Assembly (NCBI GenBank): GCA_000002445.1
Contig: CP000070.1
Location: forward strand, 640,001-704,000
Length of the DNA: 64,000 nt
Direction of reading: 5' to 3'
From: Trypanosoma brucei
Taxonomy: Eukaryota
Shown here: positions 23,662 through 32,682 of the stretch, in pieces
Position numbering within the stretch: position 1 is the stretch's first letter
Layout: each line of letters starts with the position of its first letter
Translations under genes and position numbers: made by a program
The notes under the pieces: model-generated
Database searches by the model: none
Told to the model about the DNA's origin: nothing
The model's input: the letters and a program-made list of their open reading frames with translations, nothing else

Positions 23662-25578
23662 CTATGCATCTATCGGCGAAGCGGAGCGAGTTCTCGAATT
23701 GAAGGAGGGAATTTCGGGTTCGCAATCAGCACTGCAGGCCATTATGCTACATGAACCGGACCGCTTCAGTGGTGAAGACCACACTAACCCCACATCAGCC
23801 GTAAATGACTCAAAGGAAGGATCAGCCGCTTCACCAAAGTCGTCATTTAATGATCGCACAGTTGACAAGGCGCCTTGAGGTGTGAGTCGTACTTCAACCC
23901 CCTCATCACAATCACAAAACCAACTCTGATAACCTCTGCAACCGCGAAGGGAAGAAATCTCCTTTCCTTCGTTGCACTCGCCTTCACCACCGGGTATTTC
24001 ACGAACAAAGCGCTCAAAACTCCCAGGGACTCCAGTGGGGTCCGATATGATTTGTCCTCGCGGTGTAAACGTCACCGCAGCACCATTTCCTTCATGTACT
24101 GAATCCAACGTGTCAGAACGCTTACCTTCCCCAACACAGACAGTACTCTGACCGTACGGCTTCTGATGGTGTCGGTGGTTATGTCCCCACTGTTGGTGTC
24201 CGGCGCCCTCAAGTTTTTGCTGTCCAAGCTTTCCACGATCGGCACCGTGGTTGAGGTCAAATATCGCACGCACCTCTGGCGAACAGTTACCTGGCAATTG
24301 GTGAACACCACCGCACTGAGATTCAGAATCACAGCAACCGCGTACCCAGCTAAGGCAGAGGTTCCGCGGACATGCTGCAAAAGCGCACTCCGTAGGGTAC
24401 CGGCATCCACCATACCACCGCAAGCATGGGTGTAACTCAACACTGAAGAGTGGCGACTCTGATGGAACTTCAACCAACTCCTCGTGAAGGACTCTGCGTT
24501 TGCCGCGTTGATCTTCAGGGGTAGCGGATATGGACCCGATGCGTTGATCATGTGATACGTTCTCTGACGACACAGCAGAGGAGTCAGCGGCATGAATGGA
24601 GGCAGGGAGACGACCTGCGACAGGTCGACCTTCACGACGGTGAGCCCACGAACTGTCATGGGACGTATCCGCCACCGGCACAGAAGAAGAGCGACTCCTC
24701 GTAGCAATGCTTGTGTTGGCGTAATGACTGCGGCGGATGGCCATCAAACGAGCCTTATCTTCAATAAACTGAGCTGCTTCAGCATGCCTGCTGCCGAGCT
24801 CCAAAAGAATCCCTACCAGCTCCTCGACACCCGCCTCCAAAAGCTCCTTCTCCACTGCCCCCACACTAAGGCGGGCGGTGGGATCAGTTTTGAGAGATTG
24901 CTGAGGTGGGATGGAGCCAGGAAAGTGACTAAGAAGTGAGCACTCGACATGCTGCTTCGCACCGCCAGTTCCTCGACGGCCACGTGTCGTTGTGGCAAAG
25001 GAACTAGAGGGATCGCCCAACGAAACATCTTCGGAACAAACCGATGGATCGGAAGTGAACATGTACGATGGGGACGCGACAGCATTTCCTGAAGGAGGGA
25101 AATCGCCTGAAATGGGATGATGAGGCCTGCAACCATAACTTAATGTGTAGGGTATGCCTGATGGGGAATCGTACGACTGCTGCGATTTCCGGCACTGAAG
25201 CAGAGGACCACAAGGGCTGAGTTCCACTCCTGCACCGTTGGCGGCCGCCTCCTCCGAACCGCGGCGGCTCACAGTGGCGGCCGCGATAAGATGGCCATAG
25301 CGAGGTGGTGTGAGGGCTGAAGTGTACACGTTCCCAGCAGCTATAGCACCACTGCTGGTATACGTCTTTTCTGCATTCATTGCCCTCTCTGCCATCACCG
25401 GAGTTGCATAATGTCGTCGATAATGAGTGACCACAGCGTTTGATACCCTTCTAGTGGATGGGGTAGTATGACACTGTAAACACTGACCGCCATGGTGACC
25501 GAACTTACCACATTTCTGGCACTCTTCCCTCCCACGCCAAGAATTCGCGGATGCCACTGGGGATGCTCCGTGACGCAT
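23662..25578 (-). CDS. Cys-rich putative nucleic-acid-binding protein with an N-terminal CCHC zinc knuckle.
   Basis: 638 aa. The N-terminus 'CQKCGKFGHHGGQC' fits C-x2-C-x4-H-x4-C. Later Cys clusters are 'CLRWYGGCRYPTECAFAAC' (C-x6-C-x5-C-x4-C) and 'CRGYQSWFCDCDEG'. Ser/Pro-rich low-complexity linkers separate them. Confidence 0.65.
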   Translation of the reverse strand: MRHGASPVASANSWRGREECQKCGKFGHHGGQCLQCHTTPSTRRVSNAVVTHYRRHYATPVMAERAMNAEKTYTSSGAIAAGNVYTSALTPPRYGHLIAAATVSRRGSEEAAANGAGVELSPCGPLLQCRKSQQSYDSPSGIPYTLSYGCRPHHPISGDFPPSGNAVASPSYMFTSDPSVCSEDVSLGDPSSSFATTTRGRRGTGGAKQHVECSLLSHFPGSIPPQQSLKTDPTARLSVGAVEKELLEAGVEELVGILLELGSRHAEAAQFIEDKARLMAIRRSHYANTSIATRSRSSSVPVADTSHDSSWAHRREGRPVAGRLPASIHAADSSAVSSENVSHDQRIGSISATPEDQRGKRRVLHEELVEVPSESPLFSVELHPCLRWYGGCRYPTECAFAACPRNLCLSWVRGCCDSESQCGGVHQLPGNCSPEVRAIFDLNHGADRGKLGQQKLEGAGHQQWGHNHRHHQKPYGQSTVCVGEGKRSDTLDSVHEGNGAAVTFTPRGQIISDPTGVPGSFERFVREIPGGEGECNEGKEISSLRGCRGYQSWFCDCDEGVEVRLTPQGALSTVRSLNDDFGEAADPSFESFTADVGLVWSSPLKRSGSCSIMACSADCEPEIPSFNSRTRSASPIDA

Positions 25579-26863
25579 ATTTCGGCTCAGCGGACTTCCA
25601 GTTGATGTTCAAATCTTTTTTTCCCCCTCTCTCTTCAATACTGGTCAACGCCCTTAAAAGAGGTTACCCTGTACGGTGATGACCTGCAGCGAAAACAACT
25701 TTAAAGAAAAAAAACGAACCCTCCCCCTTCCTTTCTTTCCTTCCTTAACCACACTTCCTTACCGTAAGTCGTTTTGGTCTTCCTACCGGATGTCTCTCAA
25801 GGGACCCCGCCAAATGACAATAAAATTAATAATAAAAAAATAAATGGCTGTTTCGAGTAGAAGAACTTGTGTGTTAAACTCCACGGGTCCTGCGTTGGCA
25901 GCTTACTGTTGTGTTCCTCAGACAGTTATGTACCCTCTACGATTGATCTAACGTTCAGCGATAGCGAACAGCGACGATGACGATCGAAGAAAATGGTCGC
26001 AAAAACGGCACACTACCGTTCACCCGCTAATTTCTTAGTTTACGTTTTCCACACCTTTCCCTTTGTCCTCCGCACTTCAATATAACACTCCTTCGCTTCT
26101 ATAATTTGGGTTTCTCACTCTTTTCTGTTATGGCACGGATGCCAATAATGTATATACCTTTTTTTTTTTACGTACACGCACGGTGTTCTACTTTAGATTG
26201 ATCTTTCTTCGTCTAGCAGTGACTAATGTCCGCTAAAGGGAGTGAAACACCAAAGAGAAAGAAAATTTATGGGGAATTATAGAGAGAGAGTGCGCTTCGG
26301 AGGTGCCAAAAGTGAATGAGCGAAAGATGTCGATAACAACAGCACGCTGCAATGCCACGCGGGTATGGAAGGGGAAGGGAAGAGGATAAAGAGATAATAA
26401 ATGTGTGCAGAGTCGTAGTAGTATGGAGAAAGAAAGATTCCACTGCGGGTTGCACATTCATTGGCCTCTCTTCTTTACCTTTCTCAGGTACTCAAAGAAG
26501 TGGAAAGATCGTAAAAAAAAACCCGGAAGTCAAAACATAAATACAGAAATATTTATGAGAAACGACCCCCACCTCCTCCCGGCTTTCCGGCCACCCTCAA
26601 CCCTCGGTTTGTCCCCTACCCCATTCCCGCATGAAAGGTTGTGATAACAGCATCCACACATGCTAGTCCAACCCAACTAAACACTGAAGTATCCCTTAAC
26701 CTTTGGTCATCTCCCCCTTAACTGCTTTTTTAACACGCTTATATTATCCCCCGCTTATGTCTCTTCTCGCCATGCGGACAATAACAAAACAGTAATGACA
26801 AACAGGCGGAGCGCGAGGCGAGGAGGAGACAAAACCGGCACCGGCAACACAGGATGAGTGCCA

Positions 26864-27376
26864 CTAAGCCACCGTCTGCGCTTGTTGTTGCTGCTGCTGC
26901 TGCAACTGCGCCTGCCGTGCACGCATGGTATCTACCACCTTGCCGAGTTGTCCTTGTTTTACGCGCAGTTTCTGCTCTATTGAATTCATATTTTCCTGCA
27001 CCGCCTCGGCGCGTCCAGTGAAATACGTCGCCGCGGCATCCATTGGTTTCTCAACGAAGTAATCCGTGCCCACATCCACTAGCACACGGTCACTGGGGAC
27101 AATTTCGCCCATCACGTAGAGGGCACTGCTGATGCACACGAGGGCCTCCTGTGGCTTCTGTTCGTTGGATGCAGCGGCCTCGCAAACCTTTTTGTACTCG
27201 CCCAGCACTTCGCGGTTGCTCACGAAACGAGAATGGACACCCCGAAGGCTCTCATAGGCAGCGGAAAGGTTCTGCACCTCGAATTGAAGCTGCTTTCGTA
27301 ACTCTTCAAGTTGCTCGAGGGGAAGTTGTGCAATGTTGATGGCACCGCCACTGCCCTCACCTTGCTGACCACTCAT
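26864..27376 (-). CDS. Prefoldin alpha-type subunit, PFD5/GIM5-like.
   Basis: 170 aa. Two coiled-coil arms flank a central beta-hairpin region ('...LVCISSALYVMGEIVPSDRVLVDVGTDYFVEKPMDAAATYF...'), typical of alpha-class prefoldins. The C-terminal poly-Gln 'QLQQQQQQQAQ' is encoded by (CTG/TTG)n at about 26880..26920. Confidence 0.75.
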   Translation of the reverse strand: MSGQQGEGSGGAINIAQLPLEQLEELRKQLQFEVQNLSAAYESLRGVHSRFVSNREVLGEYKKVCEAAASNEQKPQEALVCISSALYVMGEIVPSDRVLVDVGTDYFVEKPMDAAATYFTGRAEAVQENMNSIEQKLRVKQGQLGKVVDTMRARQAQLQQQQQQQAQTVA

Positions 27377-28372
27377 TCCACGTTAGTTTTGCTTTTCTTT
27401 TATTTTTTTGAAGATCCACTTCTTAAATGGTTAAATTAATATCCCGTTGTATTTGTTTTGTGTTCTTTCCTCCTCTCTACACACTCCTTCCCTTTACTAC
27501 ACACAGAAAAAACTACTTGATTGATCACGGTACATTGCGTTTACGAGTGAACCGGTGTAGGCGTTCATAACGTTTAGTCGAGAAGCGGAAGCAAAATAAG
27601 AATAAAAGTTGAGCTCGTCCAGAAACTGTGGTGCAAAGGTGAAGACATGCCTCAAAACGGTAAAAAGAAAAAATTAAAACAGTGAGTCGTATTTCCACAC
27701 TGCCGAGCCGTTTGTGAGTAGCATTATAAAAAGGAACTGATATTTACCAAATGTACGCACCGAAGTAACGGCCCGTAGTTCAAAGTGAATGTTTGATCAT
27801 GTAAGAGTAGAAAGCTTTTTTAAAAAGGATTAAGAAAAACACTGTGTGATTGCTCTATTAAACCGGCAAGATGCACAAAAAAAAAACACGACTCACTCAA
27901 ACGCGCTTAAATTGACTCCGAACCACTGGAAGAGTTACGAAGCAAAAAAAAAATGAGAAAGGACATTTGAGAAAATGAGAGAGTTTGAACCACAATATAT
28001 TTCGTAAAGGCATCAATCAAGAAAAAAAACGTACCGAGACAGGCTCCCTCCGAATTCCACAACTCCCCCATTCATTCACACCTATCTGCTTTGCACTACC
28101 TACAAGGCAGTACACGCTGCGACACGTTCCCCGTTTACTGGAGTTGATGAGATGTTTGGTTGTAGGGGTAAAAGAATGTAAGGAAAAGGCAGTTGATGTA
28201 AGTATAACTGGGTGTAACGCGAAACCAGTGCTAGCAGCGGTAGTGAATGACAACACGATCCTGCACACCAAATAACAGAGACATGAGTCCCCATATTCCA
28301 TCGGTGTGAAAGAAACGAGCTCAGGACAGGGCCTCAAAAACACATCCCTTGAAACCCTATTCACCGGAAAGT

Positions 28373-28783
28373 TTAGTCCTCACCACCAAACTCCTGTGTT
28401 GTAGAGGGTGAGCAATCACTCCCTGTAACTGATTGTGTCGTTTCCGTCAATGGTTTCACATATCGCATCATATGCGGTGGCGGGGGGATGGGGACGTCGG
28501 TCCACTCAACTTGCACTCCTGCGTCGGCCGTGAGCGGTGGCGGTGCGTATTCTACCAACGGAAGCACGGCGTTGTCCTCAATTTCCTCCTCATTGTCTAA
28601 CTCCAGTAACAGTTCCTCAAGGTAGGGCATGCCAGGGATGAGGTTCGGGTACTCCCCGCGAGCGTTCGGCACTGCCATATGCGACACGTCATCACCAGGT
28701 ATCAAGTAATATAGCAGGCAAGGTTGCTCGGGCACATACGGCAGGGTTTTGTTGTCCCAACGGCATGGCTGCACCGTAGGCAT
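28373..28783 (-). CDS. Hypothetical small acidic, proline-rich protein of 136 aa.
   Basis: An ORF on the same strand and with the same spacing as its neighbours. Contains 'PIPPPPHMM' and an acidic 'ELLLELDNEEEIED' stretch. No recognisable domain. The coding call rests only on ORF length, context and composition. Confidence 0.45.
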   Translation of the reverse strand: MPTVQPCRWDNKTLPYVPEQPCLLYYLIPGDDVSHMAVPNARGEYPNLIPGMPYLEELLLELDNEEEIEDNAVLPLVEYAPPPLTADAGVQVEWTDVPIPPPPHMMRYVKPLTETTQSVTGSDCSPSTTQEFGGED

Positions 28784-29787
28784 CGCAGCTAAAGGGAGGA
28801 AAACAAAAAAAAACCTTCGGAGGCAAACTCCACTACAGTCGAATTGGAAAACCGTTGGACACTACTATCGCAATAATCTTTTTCATAAGAGCAGCAGCAC
28901 AATAACAATAACAAAACCGGGAAATTGAATTCTGCCTCTGCTGTGGGGAAACTCAACCCCTCGGTGGGGGCCGCACAGTATGCCTGAACGCAAAGGGAAG
29001 GGACAAATTAAAACGCAAAAATGTGATGGCCGATGCGACAGCATGCACGATGCACATTTACGCAACGGGAAGATATGGCAAGTACCTTCTGAAACTCACT
29101 CTGCGCATGCAAATGCAAATGTAAATGCAAAAAAAAAACGGTGCAGCAACGCGCACGATCATGGCCATTACAAACGACATCAAACAATAACAAAGAAAGG
29201 GAACAAGGGGGTGAAGAACTTTGCGCCCCGCTGGTTCACCTTATGCGGAGGAATCAACAGCAATCGAAAAAATGTAAAAAAAAAAACAATATCAGGCGAT
29301 ATGGTGAAACCGAACTCTGCCCTCGGATCATGAGGAGTGGGGGCGAGGGGGAAGAGCCAAAATGCCCCATCAGACCACTAACAAGGAAAGCGCGCTATTG
29401 ACCAAAAAACAAACAAAGAGCAAAGCGAAGCGAAGAATGCGAGTGAGCCAAAACAACATGCACAGTAACCCCGAACGGGAAAAACCATCTCCGAAATGGT
29501 TCGATCACTGGCTTTGTGCGGCCGCGCGTAACACACTTCACAGAGTGCTAAGTGAAGAAAAGTGAATAAAGACAACCCAAAAAAACCGTCACGGATACCG
29601 GTACACACACGCACCAGCACAATCATATCACAACAACAACAATACGTTCACTATTTACGGTGAAAATAAAGCACGTCGTGCCCGCAATCTGCAGAGTTGG
29701 ATAGCAGAGGTGTGGAGTACGAATTTACAGAGAAGGAATGTAGCACAAGATCAACTCTATGAATTTTGCGAGGTGGAACGAAGGTGA

Positions 29788-30966
29788 TTATCTCAAATCC
29801 ATCTCTTCACCTGTGGTTTCATTGCCTCCATCCCCCTCTACCTCTACCCCTATACTCTCCTCCGTCTTACTACCCTCTGTCCCCACGTCACTTTGCTCTC
29901 CCCTGCCCTCCCTTATCGCCTCCACGTGATCTCCTACTTCTTCTTCTGCCTCCTTCATGCAGTTGGTCTGATTGCTACTGTTTGCTTCCACCTTCCCGCT
30001 GTCACTCCCTAAACCCGAGTCCCCCATGCCACTTGACTGGGTAGTTTTCGGACGTATCCCAGTGGGCAGTGGCTTAAGTGGGGCTAATGTGCTGATGATT
30101 TCTCTAAAATTTTCCTTTTCCACAGCGGAATCGACGATCACACTGCTGGTCCCTCTCCCCTCTCGTGACAGGGAACGAGCGTGGAACTTTCCCACAACGT
30201 CTCCACGAGCAACCGGGCTGCGGACGCTGGACGGGCTTTTTTCCCCTTCCCCTTCGTCTGCCGCGTCGATCGACTGCGGTGCACCATTGTCGTCATGAGC
30301 CAAATCCTCCGTGCCGAGGGTTTTGAGCCACGCTCGCGCCGCTACTGCATCACACTTCCGGAACCTCTTACCCGACACATCGTCTTTCACGTCGTCCTCA
30401 ACTGCCTCAGGTTCCGGAGAGGCCTCCTCGTTTACAACCTCGATATCACCATCCTTGTTGTTTTCCGCCTCCCTGCGAACCGCCATCTCTACATCCGACT
30501 CGTCTAACTCCTCAAACTCAGTAGTCACACCTCTGTCTTCTTCAACAACATCGCTGTTACCATCATCACCAACTGTGCGCCGCTGAAGCCATCGTCGGTG
30601 GTGCTTTTCAGCCTCGTCGAAAATGGGATCAAACTCCTTTTCCCCACGTTCCGCGGTACATCCCTCGCCATCCATATCGAGAACTTGAACACCCACCGTT
30701 TGTCCATCAACCCCCGTGGATTTTGGTCCCGCTACCGCACCACTGGCATGAGAATATTCATCCGCTGCCGAGGGAGAAGTCCACAACTTCAGTCCTCTCG
30801 CTACGGAGACGTACTGGTGCAGACGGAAGTATCGTATAGCGAATAATATACCACCCACGACAGGAATAACTAGTAGCAACAACAGGAGGTATAACAAATT
30901 GACCGATTTGCTGCCTTGCTCACTGGAACTCGTCGACGCGCCGGGCACCTGAGAAGCGCTACCCAT
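29788..30966 (-). CDS. Hypothetical type-II-like membrane protein with a single N-terminal TM helix and a long, highly acidic C-terminal region.
   Basis: 392 aa. The hydrophobic 'LLYLLLLLLVIPVVGGILFAIRYF' lies near the N-terminus. It is followed by D/E-rich low-complexity sequence ('EEDRGVTTEFEELDESDVE', 'EPEAVEDDVKDDV'). Confidence 0.6.
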   Translation of the reverse strand: MGSASQVPGASTSSSEQGSKSVNLLYLLLLLLVIPVVGGILFAIRYFRLHQYVSVARGLKLWTSPSAADEYSHASGAVAGPKSTGVDGQTVGVQVLDMDGEGCTAERGEKEFDPIFDEAEKHHRRWLQRRTVGDDGNSDVVEEDRGVTTEFEELDESDVEMAVRREAENNKDGDIEVVNEEASPEPEAVEDDVKDDVSGKRFRKCDAVAARAWLKTLGTEDLAHDDNGAPQSIDAADEGEGEKSPSSVRSPVARGDVVGKFHARSLSREGRGTSSVIVDSAVEKENFREIISTLAPLKPLPTGIRPKTTQSSGMGDSGLGSDSGKVEANSSNQTNCMKEAEEEVGDHVEAIREGRGEQSDVGTEGSKTEESIGVEVEGDGGNETTGEEMDLR

Positions 30967-31426
30967 CCCCCTCCCAAAAAAAAAAAATAATAATAATAAT
31001 AACTGGAGTAGTCTCTCTTCTTATTAGCACGGTTGCTCCCCACAAATGCTCTGCAGTGCCTACACCGAGCCACGTGTCCCCACCCCCCCCCAACCATATG
31101 CAGATGACAGAACGAGAGGGAAAAAAAGGGGAAAAAAGGTGAATGCGGGGGCAAAAAAAAAAACAACAAAAGCAGTGATGAAAATTATTTAACTGAAACG
31201 CAGCAAAACATAGCCGATTCGGCCGAAACGACAAGCGGTAAATGGACATATTCTGCTTCGTAAACAATATGTCTAGAGAGAGAAATCGAGCATGCCCCAA
31301 CTTGATGATGACGGTAGATAGTGAACACTAGCGTAACAAGTGAAAGAAAAAAGCCAAAGGAGAAGTCATCGAGACACGGAACGCTGCAACGCAAGAAGGC
31401 ATCAAGCACAAAAAAGGAAGGCAACA

Positions 31427-32332
31427 TCACCAGCGGTTAATCGCCTCCTCATTGATCGGCCGATGCCAGGCCCGACCAGTCTCCTGCAACAGGCGTTGCC
31501 TCTTCTCCCGGTCAGCAATCTTCACCCGCGTCCACATCACCTCAGCAACGTGCTTATTATCAAGGTACGCCATCCAGTTTTTCTTGAGAAGTCGCTTCTC
31601 ATCCATAGCTGTGTACGGTGCTGGTATATCTAATGGTAACGTTTCCTTCTTCGCTCCAGGTGCCCCGCGCGGTCGATACTGAGGTCCGTGCAAAGTAAAA
31701 TATGTTTTACCGCGGAGCGTAAGTGCCCATGACTGACCCCTAGGACTGTTTATCCACTTCTGCTCCCACTCCTGCCGAGCACGAACTTCGTCGGTGGGTT
31801 GGCGAGCCTTCGCCGCGGGGATGGTGCGGTGCGTGTGACATAAATTATTGCTATCGCCCGTTTGCAACACCCCGCCAATGGTCTCAATAGAGTTCTCTGG
31901 CACGGTGTAAAACTCTGGGTTGTCGCGAATACCCATGACAATAGGCTTCAAATCCTTAAGAAATTGCTTGTAAATGTTCATCTCCGCTTGCTCCATGAGC
32001 TTTCGGCCATCAGCGCAGGCGCTGGCGTACGCTGAAAGAATAAGTTGTTGCTGCTGGTAAAGTGTCAGATCCTCCACGCATGGGTTTACTCGTACGCGTT
32101 TGAGGTAACCAGCAGGGGTTGTGACAACTTCTACGCGGCCACCCCACTCGCGCCCCACGACCTCCATGCGATCAAATCGTATCTGGTACTCATACTTGTT
32201 ATTGTATACAAAGGCCAATATTCGATGGAACTGACGTTCCGACATGAGTCTACCATGGTGCGCCCAAAGCGCGCCACGCACCCGCTCAGTGATACGACGG
32301 TACACTTCCATACGATATGAAGTGTACTTCAA
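31427..32332 (-). CDS. Hypothetical basic protein of 301 aa. Function unknown.
   Basis: A clean minus-strand ORF with a typical codon bias. It is Arg/Lys/Trp-rich. I recognise no domain. Confidence 0.55.
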   Translation of the reverse strand: MKYTSYRMEVYRRITERVRGALWAHHGRLMSERQFHRILAFVYNNKYEYQIRFDRMEVVGREWGGRVEVVTTPAGYLKRVRVNPCVEDLTLYQQQQLILSAYASACADGRKLMEQAEMNIYKQFLKDLKPIVMGIRDNPEFYTVPENSIETIGGVLQTGDSNNLCHTHRTIPAAKARQPTDEVRARQEWEQKWINSPRGQSWALTLRGKTYFTLHGPQYRPRGAPGAKKETLPLDIPAPYTAMDEKRLLKKNWMAYLDNKHVAEVMWTRVKIADREKRQRLLQETGRAWHRPINEEAINRW

Positions 32333-32682
32333 ACTGGTTTCCCTCGTTTATTTACTAACTCACTCAACGGTTCACTTTAGCTGACGCTATTATTTGGTTG
32401 GGCAGGGAACCTGCCACGGTGGTATCAGTGCACTCGCAGCAGATTAACAAATAAATGACTACCTGCAGAGGCACCAGATGCGTACGCGGCCGACTTCCAA
32501 GGTTGTACGAGAAGATAATAACAGTAACAATATAAAATATCAGGGAGCTAATTAAATGATTAGAGAGCATAGAAAAAAATATGTGAACACAGAGGAGGGA
32601 TGTGGGCGACGGGGAAGAAGAGAATAATCGAAGGCGACGGTATACACGGCAAAAACGTTACAACATGCACCAATAAAGCCAA

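Noticed and set aside
29788-29800. N-terminal 'MGSASQ' of the 392-aa membrane protein as an N-myristoylation signal.
   Set aside because: Position 6 relative to Gly is not Ser/Thr and the protein already has a signal-anchor-like TM helix. The match to the myristoylation consensus is too weak.
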